Source: Histomonas meleagridis 2922-C6/04-290x (taxonomy: Eukaryota; Protista; Parabasalia). From it: DNA of 64,000 nucleotides. How positions within the stretch are numbered: the first letter of the stretch is position 1; each line of letters opens with the position of its first letter. This document shows, piece by piece, positions 54,601 to 64,000 of this stretch. The notes below the pieces were generated by a model. The model had not been told where the DNA came from and searched no databases. It saw only the letters and a program-made list of their open reading frames with translations. The stretch is taken from assembly GCA_020184695.1 (NCBI GenBank), contig JAANOX010000061.1, positions 248,001 through 312,000 of the forward strand, given 5' to 3'. A program made the position numbers and the translations under genes.

Positions 54601-56457
54601 AAATGTTGAAGTAATTTCATTAGATGATGAATCTGATGAACCTAAACCAGAAGAACTATGTGATTTAATTGAACTTTCATGCGTCTTTTCTTCAATTAAA
54701 TTATGTTTAGAATCTTTCTTTTGTATCATATTCTTTAACGCTATATGTTGTTCTTCATTAGGTATATTCGGATAATATTTAGATGCAAAGACATATCGTT
54801 TCTCGATCATTATCCTTGAGCCTTGTCGAAGTCGTTGATATACATAACCCATTTCTGTTACACGTGCTTGATCTTTAACAAATTCCTTTAAATATGCAAA
54901 ATATCCTTGTGCTATATATGAGTTATTTGGATATATTAATCGAAGTTGTTCATAATCTCTTTCAACTGATTCTTGTAATATCTTTAGACGTGATCCTAAT
55001 GTTTCTAATTCTTGTAAATTCCCTCGAATAATACATTCCCATATATATTTATTTTGGCCTCGACATTTATCAACTTTTTTGGATAATTTGGATAATGATT
55101 TCTTAATTGTGACTGATAATGCAACTTCTCTTTGTTGTAAGATTGAACGTATTTGAAATAGACAATGTTTAATAACAATCGAATGTTGTTTATGTTTAAT
55201 TAGTTCTTGACATGAAATTTCTAATTCTCCTGCTTCATCTGGATATATAATCGCATAACGAGCAAATAAAATACGTAACTCTTTGTTGTTTGGATAACGA
55301 TCTAATGCTTTATGAAATAAAACCCATTGATGTGCTATAGGTTTACCTTCTTCAAATGATATTTTACAGACTAACATTGTTTGAATGAATGTTAATGTAT
55401 CAAAATAATTATCATCATGTTCAATCTCTTCAACCATTTGATGTAATTTATTAATAAAATATTTCATATAAAAATGTATTGTTAAATATATCGCAAATAT
55501 TATTGCTGCAAATATAAATAACATAAATTCACGACCTTTAATGCCAATGATATTTAAGATAGAAACAATTAATGAATTTAAAAAAGCAGTGAAATATAAT
55601 GAAATAAGTGACTTATAGATCGAAAAATTGGCTGTTACATATGGTCGGAAAAAAAATACTAATCCAATAACTAAATAGAAAAGTGAACTGATGAAACAGA
55701 GCACTTTTCCTATAATGCCAGGAAACCCGGCGCCTAAAAGCTGGAATGCACTTGCTAAGAATGTGAATATGTAATGGACACATGTGGCAAACGTAAACGT
55801 AAAGAGAAATGGTTGTGGCCGTAATGATAATGTAGGTGATACAAAAAATAATTGGATGAGAAAGAAAATTACAAAAAAGATGATGGAAAAAACAAATACA
55901 ATACTGGAAATAGCAACTTGTGAACCTAGAAATAAACATATGATTGACTTACCAAAATAGACACCGAGTAAATTACTGAAATATTTTAATGTGCCATTAA
56001 TAAAAAAAGAGGTAAAGGTGGTGCTTAAACTTGAAGTCTTAAGGCCACGTTTAAATCGGATATATTCAAAAACAATAGTAATAAATGCAATTAATATTAT
56101 TGCTAAAACAATAAGTTCAACAATATTAAACGCAAAATCATTGACGCTGCCCGGAACAATTGCAGAAATAAACCCTCCAATGTTAATAATAATATGTGAT
56201 AAAAATGAATCATTTGGCCAAAAAGATGTTAAATATGGCATAAATGAATTGGATATTATTTGTAATAATATTACAACTTGAATTACCTTCATTGGAAATG
56301 TAAATATTGGAGACATTGTATTGACATAATCCACAAAACGAAAAAGGTCATCACGAATATTCTTTCGAAAAGGCCTTGTTAATAAGCCTTTATACTTTCT
56401 TTGGCGAGAAATAAAAGTGCTTGAATTCCCTTGTACGTTGAAAGTGTATCCCCCCAT
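51634..56457 (-). CDS. Multi-TM class III adenylate/guanylate cyclase with PAS domain
   Basis: About 1607 aa from ATG 56457. Many TM helices; PAS-like VVSNLLDGVIFL...NRSIEAIIG; catalytic SIMFVDIVSFT, KIKCIGDCYM, LRIRVGVNTGP. Confidence 0.92.
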   Translation of the reverse strand: MGGYTFNVQGNSSTFISRQRKYKGLLTRPFRKNIRDDLFRFVDYVNTMSPIFTFPMKVIQVVILLQIISNSFMPYLTSFWPNDSFLSHIIINIGGFISAIVPGSVNDFAFNIVELIVLAIILIAFITIVFEYIRFKRGLKTSSLSTTFTSFFINGTLKYFSNLLGVYFGKSIICLFLGSQVAISSIVFVFSIIFFVIFFLIQLFFVSPTLSLRPQPFLFTFTFATCVHYIFTFLASAFQLLGAGFPGIIGKVLCFISSLFYLVIGLVFFFRPYVTANFSIYKSLISLYFTAFLNSLIVSILNIIGIKGREFMLFIFAAIIFAIYLTIHFYMKYFINKLHQMVEEIEHDDNYFDTLTFIQTMLVCKISFEEGKPIAHQWVLFHKALDRYPNNKELRILFARYAIIYPDEAGELEISCQELIKHKQHSIVIKHCLFQIRSILQQREVALSVTIKKSLSKLSKKVDKCRGQNKYIWECIIRGNLQELETLGSRLKILQESVERDYEQLRLIYPNNSYIAQGYFAYLKEFVKDQARVTEMGYVYQRLRQGSRIMIEKRYVFASKYYPNIPNEEQHIALKNMIQKKDSKHNLIEEKTHESSIKSHSSSGLGSSDSSSNEITSTFLNESEDILQYRYIESMINSIQIPSMKYGPLIIVLFIICICACIIGVFAFIFSEVSSINDVSFIIRKISELTYYISELPILTYHTVFHNTGLTNMISLKDRWQIIYQTFDDLPDSWDTDTNATLNMVKQVSSLLSEINERIQDFSTNSNFLNTINVLYSNNLTMNTYLNQNDYVVENYSLEYMITYIMNIAIIAVNSNDPLKILEDFEFWTMIKNTYNMIIHSETFEIEAIEGIFEELNSTQNKIYIFTTCLILLIFIAFIIYIIYLIISLNSEKNMIYESFKSLPKSVISTIVSNLNKKKQNKEEDELDANSNNKVQNDLEDNAYRILSTSVSNKTNLSNQFWKIILLIIIFSVCMIIIVLIFLLQTNSAINRFKQIIPLYAETPRTAIVFNFMLFNSLRLSAKSEFEKEEVLLPINSQENYEVVTDELKMILSQAVEKVNNLRLGSTDMHSQGLEIGGEEMIRYLTENTCEITSYEIEKDYQVFNCESYENIISYIWFQIIEEFSFNEYNVNTITFDDDKLNFMIVWLLGRAKNEFLTPAIQILDGVFEQYSSNWTIYNMVIPIIVLALNVILCCSCLIPQFIATANVACWILRLLLFCDPNIVMQSKPIMRIIMNNFTKNKDINNLQETSTFYETVVSNLLDGVIFLTNTFDIISCNRSIEAIIGKDPQSLIGKNINEIFEAPYGKDSSLSAFYLAISGISKSQRTPSLVIQIEVMNKQKEVTLELSLTAISSNGYVLNKTTNIDSIAFFALLIKDMTSTIIANKLLTEESIKSEKLLSMILPPSIVTKLQNGEKNISFSVKSASIMFVDIVSFTPWCGSHPASYVMKTLNRLFLEFDRILKKYDRMMKIKCIGDCYMCAGGIFDEINQPAEHTKQTISFGIDIIKAIQLLDIELNESLRIRVGVNTGGPIVAGVLGIEKPTFDILGSAICLAAMMEHHGVPMNVHIPQHCYDLVFGTIFRIKERGDVEIKGKMYHTYVVTGYSNE

Positions 56458-57016
56458 CAAAAGTTTTTGAAAAAACGTTTTTTCTATCCCCTCAAAATTC
56501 CTTCGTTAATTGGTTTGGTTCATTGAAATTAGGACCAACAACAGAAATTTCAAATGAACTGGTTATTTTACACAAACACAAAAAATTCAAATTCCTCATG
56601 CAAAAAACCTCGTAAACTCATTTTTGGCTTTAAACAACATGAGAATTAATGCGTTTTTTAAAACTCGAAAATATTAAAAGTCGAACCAAAAATTAATTTT
56701 TAATTATTTCACAATTTTGGATTTTGTAAGAAATACAATACATCTCTAATAACTACATACAAAGTTAATCTTTCCTTATTATATATTTTGATATATCTTT
56801 AACGAGTATATTTATGGTTATAGATGAGGGGTTTTTTGTAAAAATTTGTTTTGAACTTTTGAATACATTCGATAAAATTTGGCTGAACCACCAAGAAAAA
56901 CCGATTTAAACAATCTTTTCCTTTCAAAAAGTTTTGGATGATAAACCCATACGAAATCTTTGATACGATAAGCTTTATTCGGTCGGGCAGCTTATGGTCG
57001 TGTTTTTCAATAGTTT

Positions 57017-57640
57017 ATGTCAACGCCAGAATTTAACTTTTTCCTTATGATAAATTTTGCCAAGTATCGTTCATTCCTGAAACCCACACAAAATTGGGAA
57101 CTTTTTTTGTCAGCGATACATGAAGATTTATCTAGCGGTTTTTGGCCCCCTGCAAAAGTGTTTTTTGAAAAAAAAACGGCTGTGAAAAATGCCAGTTTCC
57201 GTTTCTGCAATTTTATGGAGAATTCCTTTTTCAATGAAACAGATCAAGAAATACAAAGGCTAAAGGCCAAAATCATCGAACTTACAATGGCCAACCTTTC
57301 CCTTTCTAACAATGTTTGTCAACGTTTAAACCGAATTAAATCAGATATAGACATAAACCAATCGCAGAAATCTCAGGCACCAATTCGTGAGCAGGAAAAA
57401 ATAAGTAAAGATCTTGGTGAATTCGATTATAAAAAATCAAACGCTTGGAAAGAAATTGAAGCTCATAATTGGGGAAACCTTTCAAAATGCGAACTTCTAC
57501 TTATTGCTCGTGTAATATCTGCTTACACACATATTCAGATTGACCGTGAGTCAAAGAGAAGAAAACCTGTATTGGTTAAATGGTTTGATGATCATCTGGA
57601 TCAGATTAAGGACTGTTTTAATCTTATAACAATTCAGTAA
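57017..57640 (+). CDS. Hypothetical protein (coiled coil + conserved-looking C-terminal helical domain)
   Basis: ORF with C-terminal LSKCELLLIARVISAYTHIQIDRESKRRKPVLVKWFDDH. The start may be the later Met (MENSFF). Confidence 0.6.
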   Translation: MSTPEFNFFLMINFAKYRSFLKPTQNWELFLSAIHEDLSSGFWPPAKVFFEKKTAVKNASFRFCNFMENSFFNETDQEIQRLKAKIIELTMANLSLSNNVCQRLNRIKSDIDINQSQKSQAPIREQEKISKDLGEFDYKKSNAWKEIEAHNWGNLSKCELLLIARVISAYTHIQIDRESKRRKPVLVKWFDDHLDQIKDCFNLITIQ

Positions 57641-59077
57641 CTTCAGAGCTGAATCTTAATAAGATTTGATCAAATTTGAAAAGTATTAAATAATCATTTT
57701 ATTTTCTCAATTTGTTGATTCATAAACTAAAAGTTTAATCTTTAGCATATTTTAAAAATATAATTTATTATTAAAAATTATTTTTTTTTGTAAAATTCTT
57801 TTAAACGTTGTTTTAAAAAATATTCTTAAACGCCATGAGTAAAAGCAAACTTCCAAAATCGAATCTATGTGCAAGTTGTTTGAAATTTGTTTACTATTAT
57901 TAGTATGTAAAAGTATTTAAAATTAAATATGTTTTCATCAAATTACAATCTAGATTGAAATTAGCTCAATATTTTTCTCTAAAAATATTTTTTCACAAAA
58001 ACAAAAATGAAGAAAAATTAATTATCATCCAATGTTTAAATCAAAAAGAAAGGAAAGTATTCATTTGTTTTGTAACTAGGTTATAAAAAAGATATTCAAT
58101 CCAAAACAATGTCAAGAAAGGTCATAGTAAAGAAATTCCAACCAACTTTTAAATTTCTCTTTCCAAGTGTCATGATCTTATACGATTCTGCACATCTTAT
58201 TCCAAATTTTATAGTAGCACGAATGCCAATATATCCTACATCATTGGTAGCACCTCACAGTTTCTTAATCTTTCTCAAAGGACTCTTAATTTGAAGAAGA
58301 ATGATCCATCTGTTATTGAACATCATGGTAAGTGCTGTCTTTTTACAGCTGACTTCATTAATACACAACTTATTCTTAAGTCCTTTATTAATTCAGCCAG
58401 ATGCGCCTCCTTATTAATATCATCAAAAGCCCAACGCTGAATCCATTTCTAAACAAGATTTCACCACAGCTGAAACGCACATTACAGAAAGTATTTCAAA
58501 TGTTGAAAACTAGGATATAATGATACACTATTTTTAAAGTTATAACTTATGATAAAAAAGAAGAAGTCATTTGTTATATGAATGATTTTGTAAAAGGCCT
58601 CACCCACTAAAGCATGGCTCCAGCATGAATGATGCTTATAGGAAATGTGTATTTAAATGGAATCTTTATAAGTGGATCTTAAGAAACCAGAAATGAATTG
58701 AATTAATAGAATTATTGATCATAAATAATTTATAATCTTTACTCAGGTGGAATGAGAAGTGAATATTTCTATTTCACTGTTGAGAGAAAAATGTAGACTT
58801 TGGTAGTAAAGGAGGACAATAATAATTGAAGAAGAAGAACAAATAATAATTCCCGAAGAAGAAAATAAAAAAAGATTTGAATTCCTCATGATTTATTTTC
58901 TAGAAAAAAGATGTTTCAAATGAATTTGATATCATTCATATCACTTAAAAAAATCTTTTTAGTTAAAAGATTCATTACTTAAAGTAAAATAAAGTAAATT
59001 TTAATTCTTCAAAAGCAGAATTATTTGTAAGCATATAAAATAGATTGAAATAAATTTCCAATTAAAATTGTTTATAA

Positions 59078-59689
59078 TCAGCAACATTTCTCCTTTTCTT
59101 GAACATAAAATTCACTTTCTCTAAATGGTGAAGGTTTTGCCAGAAGCGGAGGTTCAATTTGACCATTTGCGATTCTTTTAGAAATTCCAGCAGCAAGTCT
59201 GATGAATGTCTCATTAATATTTTCGCCAGAAAATGCCGAAGTTTCAATATACTCCATGAAATGTTGCATAGCAAAGTTCTTTGCTTCATATTCTCCGATT
59301 GATCTCTGTTTCAAGTCTGACTTATTACCTACAAGTAAAACATAAGCATTTGGATGACTTAGTTGCTGTAAATCATGCAGCCAACTTTCCAAACTTTCAA
59401 AAGATGCTTCATCCGTCACATCATAAACAAGGATTGCGCCTATTGCATTCCTAAAATATGCTTTAGAAACTGAACGAAAGCGCTCTTGGCCAGCTGTATC
59501 CCATATTTGTAATTTCACAGTTTCATTAATTAATGGACAAATATATGTTTTAAACTCAACACCAACAGTGCTTTGAGATTCTTCTCGAAAAATTCCTTCT
59601 GTTAAACGTTGGACTATTGCCGTTTTCCCAACACCCGATGAACCAAGAACAACAATCTTATAGACATTAATTAGCCTCTTTTGATTCAT
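59078..59689 (-). CDS. Rab GTPase
   Basis: GSSGVGKT, STVGVEF, WDTAGQERF, YFRNA, NKSD, ETSA; C-terminal CC prenylation site. Confidence 0.93.
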   Translation of the reverse strand: MNQKRLINVYKIVVLGSSGVGKTAIVQRLTEGIFREESQSTVGVEFKTYICPLINETVKLQIWDTAGQERFRSVSKAYFRNAIGAILVYDVTDEASFESLESWLHDLQQLSHPNAYVLLVGNKSDLKQRSIGEYEAKNFAMQHFMEYIETSAFSGENINETFIRLAAGISKRIANGQIEPPLLAKPSPFRESEFYVQEKEKCC

Positions 59690-60414
59690 ATTTTTTAAGT
59701 ATTTTTATGGGATTTATGTAACCGTTCTATTCATGAAAAAAGATGAAAAGCAAAAGAAAATCATGTTTTTAAACATATGCATTAAATTTTTATTATAACA
59801 TATGAAAAATCATGAAAACCTTAATTAGTTAAAAATTATATTTAATATTTAAATAATATTAACAATAATCATTATTTGTGTTGGAGAAAAGCTAAAGTAT
59901 ATAAAAATAGAACAGACGACTTATTGTTGTGGCTTTTAAATATATTAATTTAATTATGATAACAAAACAAACATTAAGGAATGAAATAGAATTTAAATTC
60001 ATTGTTCATGAAAAACTCACTAAATCAAAAGTACTTTTAGAAAACTATAATATCATTTAATATTATAATTATTTAGTAAAATATCAAAAATTTAATGTGT
60101 TATTTGCAATGTAAAAGGAAGATCTTTCTAAGGAAAGATTTAATTTTTGAAAGTTGTTAAAAAGATCAAATAACCACAATAACATAAAACAATTCATTTA
60201 AGTAGCAATATAATACATACTATAAACATGGAAATTGCCAATTTTCGAAAATTAAAATGGTGAACAATTTATGTAAACTTGTATCTCCAACAGGAAATAA
60301 AAAGACAATATCCTACTGTAAAAAATGTATAGCGATCTGGAAAATAAGTTAAGTTGTTTACTATGTTTTTTTAGCTTTTGATGAATTAATAAACGTTTAA
60401 ATTTAAAAGGCTTG

Positions 60415-62868
60415 ATGACTGAAGAAGAAAAGGAAGCTATTAATCCACAATTGACATATGCAAGCCTTGCAGCAAGCCTTCTAGATGAAATACATTCGTT
60501 AACAGCAAATAATAATATACCAAAAATTTTAGAACAAGAAAAATCGATTTCAATTCAAAATGCATTAAAAGCTCAACAAGAGGAAATTGAAAATTTAAGA
60601 AAAGAAGCAATGTTTAATGCAAATAATGAAACATTTATAATCAATCGTATCCAACTTTTTTCACAAAATTTTCTCAAAAAATTTACCGAATTTGTTGATA
60701 TAGAAATGAATACATTTAACAATATGCAAAATCAAATTCAAGAAAGTTTTGGAAGGATTTCTTCATTTAGACCAAAACAAAATAATTCAGAAGTTCTAAA
60801 ATATCAGGAAACAATTTCTATTTTAAGGGCAGAGATTGAAAATATGCGAATGAACAATAAATCTGATGATATTGATATTCTAATGAAACAAAATAGGAAT
60901 TTGCAAAATGAAAATAATTCTTTGAAAACACAGTTACAAGACATCCAAAACACATTAGAAGCTCTCCAAAATGAAAACAACCAATTGAGGAACAATAATA
61001 ACGATCAAAAAATTCAACAATTAACAAATGAAATAGAAAAATGCCATCAAGTAATAAAGGATTTACAGACACAAAACGAGGAAAAATCGCGAATTACATC
61101 TTCCATTAATGAAGAAGTGCAAAATCTTCATCGATCAATCAATGAGCTTCAATCTGAGAATGAACAACTTAAAGCACAACAATCGATCTCAAACTCCAAC
61201 TTTTCTTCTGACCTTGATTTAAAAGATTCCATTATCCGTTCTAAAGAAGCTCAAATTAATCAACTTCAACAACAAATAGATCAATTAAAAAATTCTTCTA
61301 AGGATTCTGAGATTAAAGAACTTACCCAAAAGGTTCAATCTCTTATTAGCGAAAACAGTCAAATGTCAATTTCTCGTCATGAGCTTTTAATTGAACTTGA
61401 AAATGTTAAAAACAAGCTTAAAGAATCAGAAGAATCCAAGTCCATTGTCAACGCAATGAACCTTGAAATGATTGCCAAAATCGAAGACCTTGAGCTTGAA
61501 ATGGGGCACAAAAAGTCCGATCAAGATTCACAAGGACGATTAAATGAAATTCAACTTGAATTGAATAATGCTAAGGAAAGTATTAACGTTCTCCAGACGT
61601 CACTTTCCAAAAACCGTCAACAATATGATCAGCAAATTCAAATATATCAACAACAGATTCAAAGTGCACTAGAACATGCTGATTCATTCCGACAAAAATT
61701 CATTGCCTTATCAACAGAACATTCTAACTTAAAATTAGAATTCAAAATTTGTGATTCCGAGAAATCATCAATTCAACGGAATTTAGCTTCATCACAAAAC
61801 AAAATTCATGAACTTGAGACAGAAATTAATATCAAAGATTTAATGATACAACAAATTCAACAACAAAAAGAAGAAATTGAAGAAGATTATGAAAACTTAT
61901 TACAAGAAATAAACCAAAGGAAATCAAAAAACGAAATTTTCATTACATCAATTTCACATATTCTTCAATGTGATGATGAACAAATCTCCGAAAAAATCAC
62001 AAAACTATTTGAACAGATTATATACTTAAAAGATAAATGTAGTAGTTATGAAACGAAAATGATCGAAAGCGAGTTCTATAAATCGAAATCGAAATCATTG
62101 GAAAAACAAATCGAAGTTTTTGATAAGTTTACAAAATCTGAACTTGAAAAGTCGATTTTAGTAAAAGAAGGCGAAGAATCAAAGATTGTTAATGGAATTC
62201 GAAATGATTTTAAGCAATTATATGAAGCTCATTCACAATTAATTCATGATCATAATGAATTACAAACGAATTTCTATGAGAATTCTGCAAAATTACAAAA
62301 TTTAGAACAAAAATTAAAAAACGAAAAAAATTTAAACGAAGAAATTAATATAAAAATGAAAAAATTCGATGATTATCAATTTATGTATGATAAGATTATT
62401 CAAATGTTATCTAATTTGTCACAAAATTTAATTGCTAATTTGTCTTATGATGATAATCAACATATGAAAATCGAAATCATCGACAATTTATTAATCGAAT
62501 TAAAGAAAAAAAATTTGTCAAAAAGTGAAATGTCAGAAAAGTTCGATTTCTTTGAAAAAGTGGTTTTGAATGAGTTGTCAAATGACGGTTTTGACAGGCT
62601 CGAAAGAAATGCAAATTCGATTATACAAAAGTTTAATAATAACTTTAAATTGATTTTAAAAAAAATAGAAAACGTAGAAAATAAAACAGATTTGATACAG
62701 ACAAAATTAATGGGAAAGAGATCAATAACTCAAAATTTGACACCTACAAAAATGAAAGGAATTTCATATATGAAAAGAAGTCCAATGACACCAGCAACAA
62801 CAAGAAGCAGAAAAGGTGGTGGGGTTAATTTAACACCAAGATTGAATCCACCAATGAGATATAAATAA
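60415..62868 (+). CDS. Long coiled-coil protein
   Basis: About 817 aa, Q/E/K/N-rich heptads, basic C-terminal tail with SP/TP sites. Confidence 0.75.
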   Translation: MTEEEKEAINPQLTYASLAASLLDEIHSLTANNNIPKILEQEKSISIQNALKAQQEEIENLRKEAMFNANNETFIINRIQLFSQNFLKKFTEFVDIEMNTFNNMQNQIQESFGRISSFRPKQNNSEVLKYQETISILRAEIENMRMNNKSDDIDILMKQNRNLQNENNSLKTQLQDIQNTLEALQNENNQLRNNNNDQKIQQLTNEIEKCHQVIKDLQTQNEEKSRITSSINEEVQNLHRSINELQSENEQLKAQQSISNSNFSSDLDLKDSIIRSKEAQINQLQQQIDQLKNSSKDSEIKELTQKVQSLISENSQMSISRHELLIELENVKNKLKESEESKSIVNAMNLEMIAKIEDLELEMGHKKSDQDSQGRLNEIQLELNNAKESINVLQTSLSKNRQQYDQQIQIYQQQIQSALEHADSFRQKFIALSTEHSNLKLEFKICDSEKSSIQRNLASSQNKIHELETEINIKDLMIQQIQQQKEEIEEDYENLLQEINQRKSKNEIFITSISHILQCDDEQISEKITKLFEQIIYLKDKCSSYETKMIESEFYKSKSKSLEKQIEVFDKFTKSELEKSILVKEGEESKIVNGIRNDFKQLYEAHSQLIHDHNELQTNFYENSAKLQNLEQKLKNEKNLNEEINIKMKKFDDYQFMYDKIIQMLSNLSQNLIANLSYDDNQHMKIEIIDNLLIELKKKNLSKSEMSEKFDFFEKVVLNELSNDGFDRLERNANSIIQKFNNNFKLILKKIENVENKTDLIQTKLMGKRSITQNLTPTKMKGISYMKRSPMTPATTRSRKGGGVNLTPRLNPPMRYK

Positions 62869-63090
62869 TATTGTTTAACTATAGTAATTGTATTAAAGCA
62901 TTTGTTATGTTAATTTTTTTTTGTTTTATAATGTTAATTATAATGTTTTTGTATAAATTTTATTCTAAAATTGTTTAAATTTGTTTGATCGATTTTTAAG
63001 GTGCCCCAAATTAAATAAACGTGTTCTAATTGAAATCATTTTCTCCGATTTACATCTATCGTAATTATGAATTTGAGCGGTTAGATCACA

Positions 63091-64000
63091 ATGAGCAATA
63101 AAAAATGGTCACGTACTTTGGAATCACTTGAAAATATCATTTTTGACTTAAATGAAACTAATGTTGATGATAGCGTTGAGGCAACAATAAAACTATTAGG
63201 TGATAATTTTTCGAATTGTTTGAATATGACAATCGTTCGACTGATATATTCATCATTTCTTTCACAAATGAAAGATTTTGATATCTATTTTGATTTCATG
63301 AAGAAACTTGAAATAAAAAAGCGCAACAAAAATAATTCGGAAATAATCAATTCATTTTCAAATTTTCTTCTTGACTTAAAAACACAAGAATCTTATTATC
63401 TTTTAGAAAGATTGATTAATTTAAATGTAATCTCATCAAATTTAATTGATAACACGAAAAATTTGTATTTTGCACATGAAATTCCAAGTGAATCAATAAG
63501 TGCAGTAATGTTCAACAGAATTCGATTTTCTAAATATTTCTCTAAAAACTTTAATGAACTATCGAAGAATGATTGGGAACTTCATAAAAAATATGTTAAA
63601 GAAGGACATAATCCAAGTGAAATTGCGAAAATACTTCGAAATGATGAAATAGAAAAACTTCAAGAAATATCATCACAAAATGATTTTGGTTTTAATCAAA
63701 CAATCAAACCATCACTTTATGAAAGATGTTCATTTGTTAATGATTATCTTTCATTAATTGATTATGCAGCATTTTTTGGATCCATTAAATGTTTTAAATA
63801 TTTACTTATGAACGGCGCAAACATTGAAGATACAGGTAAGTATGCAATTGCAGGAGGAAATCTTGAAATTGTTCATTTATGTGAACAGAATCATTGTTCA
63901 TTTTATTTGGGATATGAAGCTGCTATTAAATATCATCGAAATGATATTTTTTATTATCTTTATGAAAATGAAATTATTGATCATTCCAACAAACAACTTT
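63091..64000 (+). CDS. DUF3447-family gene, locus 5, 3'-partial
   Basis: Open from ATG 63091 (MSNKKWSRTLESLENIIFDL) through ELSKNDWELHKK...IDYAAFFGSIKCFKYLLMNG to the window edge. Confidence 0.85.
   Translation, partial: MSNKKWSRTLESLENIIFDLNETNVDDSVEATIKLLGDNFSNCLNMTIVRLIYSSFLSQMKDFDIYFDFMKKLEIKKRNKNNSEIINSFSNFLLDLKTQESYYLLERLINLNVISSNLIDNTKNLYFAHEIPSESISAVMFNRIRFSKYFSKNFNELSKNDWELHKKYVKEGHNPSEIAKILRNDEIEKLQEISSQNDFGFNQTIKPSLYERCSFVNDYLSLIDYAAFFGSIKCFKYLLMNGANIEDTGKYAIAGGNLEIVHLCEQNHCSFYLGYEAAIKYHRNDIFYYLYENEIIDHSNKQL

Overview
AT-rich, gene-dense eukaryotic DNA, most likely a parabasalid (Tritrichomonas/Histomonas/Trichomonas-like). This is an inference from DUF3447-ankyrin genes, BspA-like LRRs, a multi-TM adenylate cyclase, Trichomonas-type M3/M5 promoter motifs and uninterrupted housekeeping genes. 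Ordinary genes include a UBR-box protein (partial), RasGEF, a bacterial-like M18 aminopeptidase, RPL34, RPL7A, PP5, an XMAP215/TOG protein, kinesin-9, Ras, Rab and two GT31 glycosyltransferases, plus pseudo-enzymes and decayed relics. The outstanding feature is four DUF3447-ankyrin loci (11.5-13.5 kb, 17.2-20.6 kb, 42.1-44.6 kb, 45.1-48.4 kb; a fifth family member is cut off at the right edge before any array). In them every ankyrin repeat is a 90-93 nt coding cassette separated from the next by an AT-rich intervening sequence at the same protein position. By hand count 34 of 40 intervening sequences are exactly 77 nt, even where their sequences have diverged strongly. They break the frame, often contain stops, lack GT-AG ends and carry position-fixed complementary motifs. 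Each array ends in a capping-type repeat with a real stop. This points to an unconventional removal or skipping mechanism (non-canonical splicing, DNA-level excision or recoding), or to a cassette library. I could not search the literature or expression data, so novelty and mechanism are unverified.
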